Made by a program: the position numbers and the translations under genes. A model generated the notes under the pieces. The model searched no databases. It saw only the letters and a program-made list of their open reading frames with translations, and was not told where the DNA came from. A stretch of DNA of 52,277 nucleotides from Deltaproteobacteria bacterium (GTDB lineage: Bacteria; Myxococcota; JACRCW01), in NCBI GenBank assembly GCA_016218805.1, contig JACRCW010000051.1:1-52277 (forward strand), in the 5' to 3' direction. How positions within the stretch are numbered: the stretch's first letter is position 1; every line of letters begins with the position of its first letter. Shown one piece after another: positions 28,263-37,037 of the stretch.

Positions 28263-28810
28263 GACGCGCGGTCCTTGCCCCGGTCCTTCTTGCGGCGCTT
28301 GCGGTCGCGCTTGGCGTCCGGCGCGGGTGCGTCGTCGTCCTCCAGGTGCTCCGGAGGTGACGGGGCGTGCCCGGGCGCGCCAATGTCACGCAGCATCTTG
28401 CGCAGCTCCAGGCCGTGCATCTCCTCCTGGCCAATCTGGGTGCGGGCGAATTCCTCCAGGTACACCGACCGGTTGACGACGGTGTCCAAGAACTCCTTGT
28501 ACAGGTCCAGGGCGGCGCCTTCGTGCTCGCGGCTCTCCTCCAGGATGTCCTGCACGCTGTGCTTGTAGCTCTCCGGGATCTCCGCAATGCGCAGCGTGGG
28601 GTGTCCGCCCAGGCCCGTCAGCAGTTCGCCCGCCGTCTGCGCGTGCAGGAGGGACTCGCTGGCCTGCTGCTTCATGAACTGGACAATGGGAATCCGGTTG
28701 GGGCCAAAGATCATCAGCGAATAGTGCGTGTAACGCACCACGCCGGCCAGTTCGAACTCCATGATGCGGGACAGCAGCTTGCGGGTCTTCTTGAGATCGA
28801 GCGTCTTCAT
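28259..28810 (-). CDS. Ferritin-like / bacterioferritin-family protein with basic C-terminal tail
   Basis: IMEFELAGVVRYTHYSL, ESLLH, HEGAA, EEMH ferroxidase-type ligands; tail KRDRKRRKKDRGKDR. Confidence 0.85.
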   Translation of the reverse strand: MKTLDLKKTRKLLSRIMEFELAGVVRYTHYSLMIFGPNRIPIVQFMKQQASESLLHAQTAGELLTGLGGHPTLRIAEIPESYKHSVQDILEESREHEGAALDLYKEFLDTVVNRSVYLEEFARTQIGQEEMHGLELRKMLRDIGAPGHAPSPPEHLEDDDAPAPDAKRDRKRRKKDRGKDRAS

Positions 28811-28886
28811 GGCGCCCCTTCTACCACCCGCGCCCCGCCGACGGGCAATGGCGAACCGCGCGCGCACTGGCGGCATCCCAGGGGGC

Positions 28887-29417
28887 ATGAAGACCCGGGC
28901 GGGCGCAGGCGGTGTGGTGATGGCGGTAGTCTGGACGGTGGCGTGCGGCGCGCGCGCGCCGGGCGTGTGCGGGGATGACTACGAGGCCACGGTGGCGGAC
29001 TTTGACTGCCTGCTCGCGCTGCCGGAGGTGAAGGGCGTGCGCGTGCTCAACCGGTGCGGCGCCCAGCCGGCGGCGGAGGCCATTCTGCGTGACGGTGCGC
29101 AGGGCGCGCGCTTCCCGGTGGGCACCATCCTGCAGGTGATCCCAACGGAGGCCATGGTCAAGCGCGGCCCCGGTTACGACCCCGCCAATCATGACTGGGA
29201 GTACGTCATGCTGGGCGGAAACCCGGTGGGGTCGCGCATCACGGACCGCGGGCGCGCGGAAGTGCACAACCCGGTGGGGTCCTGCCTGGAGTGCCACGCG
29301 GGCGCGCGCGACTACGACTTCATCTGCGCCGGGGGGCACGGCTGTGACGCGCTTCCGCTCCCGCACACGGCGCTGGAGGCCTTGCAGCGCATGGATGCCC
29401 GCTGCCTGCCGCCGTGA
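28887..29417 (+). CDS. Cytochrome P460-like c-type cytochrome lipoprotein
   Basis: Lipobox-like TVAC; FPVGTI, AMVKR.PGYDP...DWEY, C-terminal CLECH. Confidence 0.65.
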   Translation: MKTRAGAGGVVMAVVWTVACGARAPGVCGDDYEATVADFDCLLALPEVKGVRVLNRCGAQPAAEAILRDGAQGARFPVGTILQVIPTEAMVKRGPGYDPANHDWEYVMLGGNPVGSRITDRGRAEVHNPVGSCLECHAGARDYDFICAGGHGCDALPLPHTALEALQRMDARCLPP

Positions 29418-29425
29418 ACGCCGTA

Positions 29426-30013
29426 TCAGCGCACAGCGGTCACGCCAGCGCGCGCGAGATCACCGGGTGTATCCAGGTCCTCCAGCACCGCCTCGTCGTC
29501 CACGTGCACTTCCGCCACCGGGCCCAGTTCGCCGATCACGTCCCGCACGGTGCGGTCCACCGCTGCGCGCGTGAGGTGGTCAAACCCCACCGCGCTGATA
29601 AGAAACGGGTGCCCGCGCGTCCCCGTGCGCACGGGGACCACCACGGTGGCGCCGCCGGCCACAAACCGCTCCCGCAGTGAGCGCACGGTGTCCGCGCGCA
29701 CGTGCGGGTGGTCCACCAGCGCCACCACGGCGGCCGCCGCGCGCGCGGCCGCCGCGTCCGCCAGGCCCAACTGGAGCGATCGCAGCATCCCGTCATCCAC
29801 GCGCGGGTTCACCACGGTGTGCGCGTCCGGCACCAGCGCGGCCAGGGTGGCGGCATCCTCGCCCAGCACCACGGTGACGTCGTCGCAGCCGCCCGCCCGC
29901 AGCGTGGCCACCGCGCGGGCCAACAGGCTCTCCCCCTGGACCAGCGCGCGCGCCTTGCGGGTGCCCGCGCGCAAGGACCGTCCCGCGGCAAGCACAATGC
30001 CGTGGACGCTCAC
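29426..30013 (-). CDS. MocA/MobA-like nucleotidyltransferase
   Basis: IVLAAG.S.R.G..KA, GML.SL..GL, VD.P, GHP, DLDTP.D; GTG 30013 overlaps the S8 gene stop. Confidence 0.85.
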   Translation of the reverse strand: MSVHGIVLAAGRSLRAGTRKARALVQGESLLARAVATLRAGGCDDVTVVLGEDAATLAALVPDAHTVVNPRVDDGMLRSLQLGLADAAAARAAAAVVALVDHPHVRADTVRSLRERFVAGGATVVVPVRTGTRGHPFLISAVGFDHLTRAAVDRTVRDVIGELGPVAEVHVDDEAVLEDLDTPGDLARAGVTAVR

Positions 30014-32007
30014 GGCCGGCCCGGGCTCCGCCGCCGGCGGGCCCGCAGCAGCACCAGCAGCGCGGGGGCCCACGGTGTGGCGCCGGTGCACCCGGGAGGC
30101 ACGCCCGGCGGCAGCTTCCGGCACTTGCGGTTGCAGCCGTCCCAGTCGTCGGTGTTGCCGTCGTCGCACTGCTCGTCCGCCGCGTCGTCCACCACGCCGT
30201 TGCCGCACGTCTCGTCGGAACGGCAGTCCGCGGCGCAGCCGTCCCCGGCGCTGGTGTTCCCGTCGTCGCAGACCTCGCCCACCGCCGGGTCCACCGTCCC
30301 GTTGCCGCACGTCTCGTTGGAGCGGCAGTCGGCCGAGCAGCCGTCCCCGTCCACCGTGTTGCCGTCATCGCAGGCCTCGGTGCGCACCGCGTCCACCACG
30401 CGGTTGCCGCACTTCTCGTCGGAGCGGCAGTCTGCCGAACAGCCGTCACCCGCGGTGGCGTTCCCGTCGTCGCAGACCTCGGTCCGGTCCCGCCGCGTGT
30501 TGCCGCACACCACCACGGCGTCCGCGGCGGCAGCCAGGTCGGGCTGCGGGCCAATGTGCTCGGCGGTGTTGCCGCCCTGCGCGGTGCCGGTGCGGGTGAA
30601 GGCGTCCCGCACCTCAGTGGGCGGGATGGGCGCGCCGCCGCCGGCCTGCTGCACCGCCTGCAGCAACGCCGCCGCACCCGCCACCATGGGGCTGGCGGAC
30701 GACGTGCCGGCAAATTCCTGCGAATAGTACTGCCGGATGTCCCCGCCGCCGGACCACAGGTCCCCGTAGCCGGCGGACACCACGTAGATGCCCCAGCCCT
30801 GCACGTCCACGCGGCTGCCGTAGTTGGAGAAGTCCAGCCGGCTGCGCGCCGGGTAGCCCCCCACGCCGGGCGGCACGGCCGCACCCACAATGATGGCGCC
30901 GCTGTCCGCCACGCTGCGGTTGAACGCGGTGCCGTACTTGGGGTCATCCAGGTTGGCGTAGCCGTTACCGGCCGCCGCCACCACAACGACACCAACGGCG
31001 ACCATGGTGCGGACGGTGTCGTAGACCCCCGGTTCCCACTCCGTGGGGATGAGGCCTTCGCCGGTGGTTTCGTTGTAGCCCGGTCCGGCGGTCTGGCTCT
31101 CCATAAGGAACACGTCACCCGCGTCCATCAGGCCGGATTGCATGGTCTTGAGCAGCGCGCGCGGCGCATCCGTGCCGCGTTCCGTGGTGTACTCCGGCGC
31201 GTAGTGGCACCCCGCCGCCGGGGCAAACCCCGTCACGCCAAATCCATTGTCCCGTCCCAGCAGCATGGACAGCACCGCGGTCCCGTGGGCCGCGTAGTCC
31301 TGGTAGGGCAGGTTGGGTTCAATGGTACCCACGCCGGGAATCTGGGACCCGGCGCACCCGTCCAGGTCCTCGTGGTCGGCGGTCCAGTCCACCTCCATGT
31401 CCGTGATTTCCACCCCCGCGCCGTCGCCGCCGGGCAGCGCGCGCAGCACGGAGACCCCCAGCCCGTCCGGCGCGGGGCCCAGGTACGTCTGGCCCTCCAC
31501 GTAGGACGCCGTGGTGGGCGGCAGGTCCGCGGGGCGGCGCATGAGGCGCGCCACCGGGTAGGCCACCTCCACGTCCTTGCCGGCGTTGAGCCGCGCCAAC
31601 CACGCCTGCACCGCCCCCCAGGGCCCGCGAACGCGCAGTTCCGCGTACGTGCGCAGGTCCGCCACGTCGCACCGGCAGCGGTCCATGGCCAGGCCGCGCA
31701 ACTTCTCCAGGAAGCCCCTGTCCCCGTCCCACCAGGGTCCGGCGGCCAGCAGCTCCAGCCCCGTGGGCCGGTCCGCCAGGTCCAGCAACACCCGCGCACC
31801 GTCATGGAAGGTGGTGCCTGTCAGGACGGGGAGGGTGCCATCCTGGAACTTGATGCGGATGGTGCCGGAGAACGCGTGGGCGGGCAGGGCGGCCAGCGGC
31901 TCCCACTGCATCACCCGCCGCGGGCCCAGGCCGGGGGCAGCAAAGACCGTGGAAGACCCGCCCCACACCAGGGCAGTGACGACGAGGAAACGCCGGAGAG
32001 AAGACAT
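30010..32007 (-). CDS. Secreted S8 serine peptidase with Myxococcus Cys-rich repeats and MYXO-CTERM-like anchor
   Basis: ITDME, HGTAV, AAGNG, GTSSASP; four CGN..E.CDDGN...GDGC..DC repeats; C-terminal GC...[13 protein letters not shown]. Confidence 0.9.
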   Translation of the reverse strand: MSSLRRFLVVTALVWGGSSTVFAAPGLGPRRVMQWEPLAALPAHAFSGTIRIKFQDGTLPVLTGTTFHDGARVLLDLADRPTGLELLAAGPWWDGDRGFLEKLRGLAMDRCRCDVADLRTYAELRVRGPWGAVQAWLARLNAGKDVEVAYPVARLMRRPADLPPTTASYVEGQTYLGPAPDGLGVSVLRALPGGDGAGVEITDMEVDWTADHEDLDGCAGSQIPGVGTIEPNLPYQDYAAHGTAVLSMLLGRDNGFGVTGFAPAAGCHYAPEYTTERGTDAPRALLKTMQSGLMDAGDVFLMESQTAGPGYNETTGEGLIPTEWEPGVYDTVRTMVAVGVVVVAAAGNGYANLDDPKYGTAFNRSVADSGAIIVGAAVPPGVGGYPARSRLDFSNYGSRVDVQGWGIYVVSAGYGDLWSGGGDIRQYYSQEFAGTSSASPMVAGAAALLQAVQQAGGGAPIPPTEVRDAFTRTGTAQGGNTAEHIGPQPDLAAAADAVVVCGNTRRDRTEVCDDGNATAGDGCSADCRSDEKCGNRVVDAVRTEACDDGNTVDGDGCSADCRSNETCGNGTVDPAVGEVCDDGNTSAGDGCAADCRSDETCGNGVVDDAADEQCDDGNTDDWDGCNRKCRKLPPGVPPGCTGATPWAPALLVLLRARRRRSPGRP
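30123..30509 (-). repeat. Coding tandem repeat: four Myxococcus Cys-rich repeats (about 102-bp period)
   Basis: Repeated GTTGCCGCAC..GAGCGGCAGTC..GCCGTC units on the + strand. Confidence 0.85.
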
Positions 32008-32110
32008 GGGCCGCCGAGCCTAGCGGTTGCTCCCCGTCGGCACCACCGCCTTGGCGTTGGGCTCCCCGCGGCGCCACCGTCCGTGCTATCCCGCGCGCGG
32101 AGGACGGGCC

Positions 32111-32797
32111 GTGGCCGCAACCCATCCGTGGACCAGGGCGCTGCTGCAGGCGGCCGTTGCTGTGCCGCTGGCGGGCGGCTGCCTGTTGGGTACGGCCGGG
32201 ACGCTGGACTGGTGGAACGCTTGGGTGTTCCTGGGCTTCATGCTTGGGCTGTCCGCGCTGATGGGGTGGATCTTCTCGCGCTCCCCCGGGCTCGCCGAAG
32301 AGCGGGACACCGCGCGCGCCCGTGCGCGGTCCTGGGACACGGTGCTGGTGCCGGTGCTGGGCGCCGTGCTGCCGCTGCTGGCGCTGGTGCTGGCGGGACT
32401 GGACCGCCGCCACGGCTGGTCCGGGCCGGTGCCGCCCGTGGTGTCCCTGGCCGGCCTGCTGGCCATGCTGGCCGGCACCGCCCTCACCGCGTGGGCCATG
32501 GACACCAACCGGTTCTTCTCCAGCCACGTGCGCATCCAGGCGGACCGGGGGCATGTCGTCGTCAGTGCCGGGCCGTATGGGGTGGTGCGCCACCCCGGCT
32601 ACGCGGGGTCGCTGGTCTACAACCTGGCGGTGCCGCTGCTGTTGGGCTCGTGGGTGGCGCTGGTGCCGGTGGCCGCGTTTGTCCTGGTCACGCTGGTGCG
32701 CACCGCGCTGGAGGACCGCGTGCTGCGCGCGGAGCTGGCCGGCTACCGCGACTACGCCGCCGCGGTGCGCCACCGGCTGGTGCCCGGCGTCTGGTGA
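32111..32797 (+). CDS. Isoprenylcysteine carboxyl methyltransferase (ICMT/PEMT) family membrane protein
   Basis: NRFFSSHVRIQ..RGH.VV..GPY..VRHPGY, RTALEDRVL, GY.DY...VR.RL.PG.W. Confidence 0.9.
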   Translation: MAATHPWTRALLQAAVAVPLAGGCLLGTAGTLDWWNAWVFLGFMLGLSALMGWIFSRSPGLAEERDTARARARSWDTVLVPVLGAVLPLLALVLAGLDRRHGWSGPVPPVVSLAGLLAMLAGTALTAWAMDTNRFFSSHVRIQADRGHVVVSAGPYGVVRHPGYAGSLVYNLAVPLLLGSWVALVPVAAFVLVTLVRTALEDRVLRAELAGYRDYAAAVRHRLVPGVW

Positions 32798-32942
32798 CGG
32801 CCCGCGCGGCCCGTCTCCCGCACCAGGAATGGTTCGCCCGGGTTCCCCGGGTCGGCAGCCCGTCGGGAGGGAGGGCTAGGGAGGGGGGTGGCGGTCGGGC
32901 CACCGCCCTGCGCGGCGATGCGGCCAAAGAGCACGTCGCTTC

Positions 32943-32997
32943 CTGTTACATCTGTCATACATATGCGCGCGGTGCATATGTATTACATATGTAACAG
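32943..32997. repeat. AT-rich 55-bp imperfect palindrome (24-bp arms, 7-nt spacer)
   Basis: CTGTTACATCTGTCATACATATGC-gcgcggt-GCATATGTATTACATATGTAACAG; arms match at 22/24. Confidence 0.9.
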
Positions 32998-33279
32998 TGA
33001 ACGGACCACCCCGCCCTCGTCGCCGCGAGCAGCGCGGTGGCGACGAGGCGGATTCAATCCGGAGTCACCCCAACAGCTTGATTCGCGGCGCAAGAAGGTG
33101 TGGAGGATTCAGTCTGGAGTGGCGAGGCTGCGCAGGTCCCCACCGGGCCGCCCTCTACCTGCCCGCTTGGCCCGGGGACCGGGATGACCCATTCCCCGGG
33201 CGGGAGTCGGGGACGCAGCGAATCCGCCGCTCACGCAAACGGTGAGGCCGGACACAGACCAGCGCAATCAAAGGATATT

Positions 33280-33936
33280 TCAGGCCTTGCGGACGATCTT
33301 GGGGACGCGGTCGCTGGTGGCAGCAGCACGCGTGTGGCGGACTGGGTGGGCCACCGCTGCCTTGACCGTCTTGGCGGCCTTCACGGTGCGGGCGGTCTTG
33401 GTGGCCCGGGTCACCACCCGGGTTTCCTTGGCGCTCTTGGCCAGCTCAGCGCGCGTGGGCGGGGTGCTGGCCACGCGGTGGTTGGGGCGTTCGCCCTGCA
33501 TCATCCACTCAGCCAGGATGCGGTCCCGCTGGGCCTTGGTGCGGGCCGGGTAGCGGCGGACCTCAAACTTGGGAACCGTGATGCCCGCGCCCACCAGCCG
33601 CTGGTGCAGCCGCGGCCCGAACAGCGTCTTGCACAGCGGCGAGATTTCCTTGAGGCGGTTGATGTCCCCGCGCCAGTAGAACCCGCCGCCCTGGAAGATG
33701 GCGCGTCCGGCGCCTTCGGTGGCGTGCTGGTGGATGAAGTCCGCCACGCACGACGAGTAGAACTTCATCTCCGCTCGGTCAGCCAGCCCCGGGGTGATAC
33801 CCACCCGGCCCTGGCGGCTGTCAACGGTCAGCCACCGATCCTCATCCCGGAAATACCAGCTGAAGGTGGCCTCCACGGGAGCCGGAACATCCGTGGACGA
33901 GCTAACCAAGGCATCAAGGACGGCGTCGTAGAGCAC
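33280..33936 (-). CDS. SCP2-like lipid-binding domain fused to a Lys/Arg/Ala/Thr-rich tail
   Basis: ATFSWYF...WLTVD...G.V.ITPG....AE..F...DF...AIFQ.G.F...GD pattern resembles SCP2; tail ATKTARTVKAAKTVKAA. Confidence 0.55.
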   Translation of the reverse strand: MLYDAVLDALVSSSTDVPAPVEATFSWYFRDEDRWLTVDSRQGRVGITPGLADRAEMKFYSSCVADFIHQHATEGAGRAIFQGGGFYWRGDINRLKEISPLCKTLFGPRLHQRLVGAGITVPKFEVRRYPARTKAQRDRILAEWMMQGERPNHRVASTPPTRAELAKSAKETRVVTRATKTARTVKAAKTVKAAVAHPVRHTRAAATSDRVPKIVRKA

Positions 33937-34025
33937 GGCTGGGGCATATAGCAGATTTCCCTACCGATTAAAACTTGCAACGCGGATCAGGGTCCGGATC
34001 CGACAGTGCCAACAATCATCAACAA

Positions 34026-34730
34026 TTACCTGACGTTAATGGGCGCCGGTGCGCGGGTTTCCGGCTCCGGAGCAGCGTGGACCGCAGCTTCGCCGGGCGG
34101 GGAAAGTGCGGCAAATCCCGCATCCGGTGCGCTGTTCTGCCTGCGCCGCGCGAACCGCCGGTAAACCACCGCCAGCACCACGCCCAGCACCGCCACGCCC
34201 AGCGCCAGCTGCTGGTACTCCTTGATGCGGTCCAGGATGAACTCCAGGTTCTCGCCGAACTTGTAGCCCACCCAGATGAACAGCGGGACCGACAGGCAGG
34301 CGCCGAACCCGTCCGCCAGGATGAACTTGACCGGGCTCATGCGGGCCACGCCCGCCATCAGGAAACACGGCGCCCGCAACCCCGCCATGTGGCGGGCCAC
34401 CACAATGGTCAGGGGGCCGTGCTTGCGGAAGTGTTCGTTGAGGGCCGCCTGGCGTTGCGGGGTGAGGACCCGGGCGGCCCACGGCTTCTGCAGCGCCTTG
34501 GGACCCAGCCGGCGGCCCATGCTGAAGATGAGAAAATCCCCCACCAGGATGGACACGTACGCAAACCCGAACACCATGTAGGCGTTGGTCACCCCCTGCG
34601 CGCTCAGCAGGCCGCCAACCATCAACGGGATGTCCTCGGGCACCGGCAGGCCCAGCCCCGCCGCCAGCAGCACCGCCACGATGCCCGCGTACGCGAACTG
34701 CGCGATGAACGACTGCAGGAATTCCAGCAT
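34026..34730 (-). CDS. DedA-family membrane protein
   Basis: GLGLPVPED, GD...F..GRRLG, ARH..GLR...F..AG..RM...KF..AD. Confidence 0.92.
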   Translation of the reverse strand: MLEFLQSFIAQFAYAGIVAVLLAAGLGLPVPEDIPLMVGGLLSAQGVTNAYMVFGFAYVSILVGDFLIFSMGRRLGPKALQKPWAARVLTPQRQAALNEHFRKHGPLTIVVARHMAGLRAPCFLMAGVARMSPVKFILADGFGACLSVPLFIWVGYKFGENLEFILDRIKEYQQLALGVAVLGVVLAVVYRRFARRRQNSAPDAGFAALSPPGEAAVHAAPEPETRAPAPINVR

Positions 34731-34900
34731 CCTGGGACGGCCTGGGGGTGGCCCGCGGAAGGGCGGGTGGGGGAGGTGTTCGTTTAGCGGCGTTCGCGGG
34801 AGGTTGCCAGCGCCGGGGCCGCCGGGCGGCCGGGGGTGCCGCGGCGCGGCGCGGCGGAGGCTTGCACGCAGGCGGTAGCGCGTGGTTTCCCGCCGCCCCC

Positions 34901-35416
34901 ATGCGGTCGTTTGTGTTGCAGCAGGTGTTCCCCGTGCCCCCCGCTGAGGTGATGCAGGCGCAGCTGCACCCCGGGCTCAACGCATTCCTGCTCACGCGCG
35001 TCCCTGACCTGCTGGAGCGCACAGAGCTGTCCCGCACCACGCGCGGGGACGTGGTGGAACTGCGGACGCGCTGCGTGCCCGCGCCGCGGATCCCGGAGGT
35101 GGCCCGCGCCGTGGTTCGCCCGGAGCTGATCACCTGGGTGGAGGAGGCGCGCGTGGACCTGGTGCGCGGGCAGATCCGCGTGGACATCACGCCGGCGGGC
35201 TTCCGTGACATCTTCCGCTTCAAGGGCGCCATCCAGGTCACCGCCCAGGGGACCGGCAGCCTGCGGCGGGTGGAGGCCTCGGTGGAGATCCGGATGCTGT
35301 TTGTGGGTGGGCTCGTGGAGGATTACCTGGTCCAGGAGATCCGCCGGAACATGGCCGCTGAAGGTGACGCGCTCGTCGAGTTCGTCGTCCAGGGCCGCCA
35401 CCGCGCGGCGACCTGA
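34901..35416 (+). CDS. DUF2505-like (START/SRPBCC fold) protein
   Basis: P..IP...RAVV.P....WVEE, EIRMLFVGGLVE..LV.EI pattern; ATG 34901. Confidence 0.6.
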   Translation: MRSFVLQQVFPVPPAEVMQAQLHPGLNAFLLTRVPDLLERTELSRTTRGDVVELRTRCVPAPRIPEVARAVVRPELITWVEEARVDLVRGQIRVDITPAGFRDIFRFKGAIQVTAQGTGSLRRVEASVEIRMLFVGGLVEDYLVQEIRRNMAAEGDALVEFVVQGRHRAAT

Positions 35417-35418
35417 CC

Positions 35419-36279
35419 GTGCCGCCGCCGGAGCGCGTCCTGCCCCCGTCTTCCCGCTCCCTGGCAAGCCTGCACGCGGACCTTTGGCGGTCAGCCCGCG
35501 CCGCCCCGGGGCTGGTGTTGGGCCTGCCGGTGCTGGTGGGCCTGCCGGGCCTGCTGCTGGACGCGCTGGGCCCCGCCGACCTGGCGGGGTACCTGGTTGC
35601 ACCTGGGTGGTTCATGGCCCAGCTGGTGGTGGGCGTGGCGGGTTGGCTTGCCTGGTGCTGGGCATCCGCCGCCATCCAGTTGGGGCTATTGGGGGCGGGG
35701 CGCTCCGGCGCGGTGGACGCCCGCGCTGCGCTGCGTGACGCTGCCCACCGCTACGACGCCGTCCTTGCCGTGTCATTGGCCTCCGGTGTCCTCATCCTGG
35801 CGGGCCTGCTGGCCCTGGTGGTGCCCGGCGTGCTGCTGCTGCTGCGGCTGTGGTTTGTGGTCCCGGTGGTGCTCACCACGGAGTTGACCACGTGGAACGC
35901 GCTGAAGGCCGCCGGAGGGGTCTACGCGCAGCGGCCGTGGCGGGTGCAGGGCGTGCTCACGGTGGTGGGCGTGGTCTACGGGCTCCCGGCGCTGCTGCTG
36001 CCGTACCTGGTGGAGAACCGGTGGCTGCACCTGCTCGCGTCGTTGCCGCAGCAGGCCGGCTACGGGCTGTTGGCCGCCGTCACGCTGCTGCTCCACGCGG
36101 AGCTGACGGGCATGGAGTTGGATGCGCCGGTGGGGGTTCGCGGCGGCCGGGCGGGAGGGGCCGGCGCGCTGCTGGTGCTGTCACTGCTGAGCGCCGGGTT
36201 CACCACCTGGGCAGGAGGGCACCTGGTCCGCAAGGCGTTGGGCGGCGTGACGTCCGCGTGGCCCGGCGGGGCGCGGTAG
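35419..36279 (+). CDS. Hypothetical integral membrane protein
   Basis: About 6-7 TM segments with G...LVVPG.LL..RLWF..P..L..E.....AL motif. Confidence 0.7.
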   Translation: MPPPERVLPPSSRSLASLHADLWRSARAAPGLVLGLPVLVGLPGLLLDALGPADLAGYLVAPGWFMAQLVVGVAGWLAWCWASAAIQLGLLGAGRSGAVDARAALRDAAHRYDAVLAVSLASGVLILAGLLALVVPGVLLLLRLWFVVPVVLTTELTTWNALKAAGGVYAQRPWRVQGVLTVVGVVYGLPALLLPYLVENRWLHLLASLPQQAGYGLLAAVTLLLHAELTGMELDAPVGVRGGRAGGAGALLVLSLLSAGFTTWAGGHLVRKALGGVTSAWPGGAR

Positions 36280-36314
36280 CAGGGCATTGGACAAGCCACG
36301 CAATGGACAAGCCA

Positions 36315-36355
36315 CGTCGGGAGGGCGAGGCTCCGGCGAGGCTCCTGCCGAGCCC
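36315..36355 (+). repeat. REP element upstream of RAYT (GGAG-type)
   Basis: CGTCGGGAGGGCGAGGCTCCGGCGAGGCTCCTGCCGAGCCC, the exact reverse complement of 36904-36944. Confidence 0.85.
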
Positions 36356-36357
36356 CA

Positions 36358-36819
36358 ATGGTTACACCTCGAAGGCGTCATCCCGCTCACGGATGGGTAC
36401 AAGTCCCCGGCCAGCCGACCGTCATCTTCCTCACCGTGTGCACCCGCAACCGGCAACCATGGTTGCCAACCGAAGAGAATCACCAGTTGCTCCGCGCCGT
36501 CTGGGAGCAAGCAGACACCTGGCTCGTCGGACGGTACGTGGTGATGCCTGACCACGTGCACCTGTTCGCGGCGCCCCATCAGGGCCAGCACTCGCTCGAC
36601 GCTTGGGTGCGGTTCTGGAAATCGCAGTTCTCCAAGCGAAGCGGAATGCCCGGTCGATGGCAGACCGACCATTGGGACACAAGGTTGCGGGGTGGCGATT
36701 CCTACGCCCGCAAATGGGAATACGTCCGCAACAACCCGGTCCGGCACGGCCTCGCCGCCCAGCCCGAGGATTGGCCGTTCCAGGGCGAACTCAATGTCCT
36801 GCCGTGGCTGGCTCCGTGA
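36358..36819 (+). mobile_element. REP-associated tyrosine transposase (RAYT/TnpA-REP, Y1 HUH family)
   Basis: FLTVCT..R, HUH motif VVMPDHVH, FWKS, WQ...WD..LR, catalytic Tyr in YVRNNPVRHGL, DWPF; flanked by inverted REPs. Confidence 0.92.
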
Positions 36820-37024
36820 GCGCACTTGGGCTCGGCAGGAGCCTCGCCCTCCCGACGGGGTTCCTCCCGACGGGGTTCCGTGGGTGACTCCGTGAGCGCA
36901 CTTGGGCTCGGCAGGAGCCTCGCCGGAGCCTCGCCCTCCCGACGGGATTCCGTGGCTGACTCCGTGAGCGCACTTGGGCTCGGCAGGAGCCTCGCCATCC
37001 CGACGGCGTTCCTCGCCCGACGGG
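36802..37024 (-). repeat. Tandem array of three REP-containing units downstream of RAYT
   Basis: CTCCGTGAGCGCACTTGGGCTCGGCAGGAGCCTCGCC at 36812, 36888 and 36960 (periods 76 and 72), each followed by CCCGACGG. Confidence 0.92.
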
Positions 37025-37037
37025 CCTCCGGCCCTTG

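Noticed and set aside
28259..28380. Encapsulin cargo-loading peptide on the ferritin-like protein
   Set aside because: No LTVGSL-like motif and no encapsulin gene in the window.
30556..32994. 812-aa plus-strand ORF and other long overlapping ORFs (2597-4375, 43398-44996, 50369-52093)
   Set aside because: Shadow frames of well-supported genes in high-GC DNA; Arg/Ala/Gly-rich with no motifs.
32969..32997. dif/Xer site
   Set aside because: Only partial similarity (about 7/11 per arm), requiring a 7-bp spacer; lacks the ATAA-N6-TTATG core.
32943..32997. Protelomerase (telRL-like) site
   Set aside because: Length is similar, but the centre is not a perfect palindrome and there is no protelomerase or phage gene in the window.
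36802..37024. CRISPR array (37-bp repeats at about 74-bp period)
   Set aside because: The 'spacers' resemble each other, there are only three units, no cas genes are present, and an inverted copy flanks a RAYT, so these are REPs.
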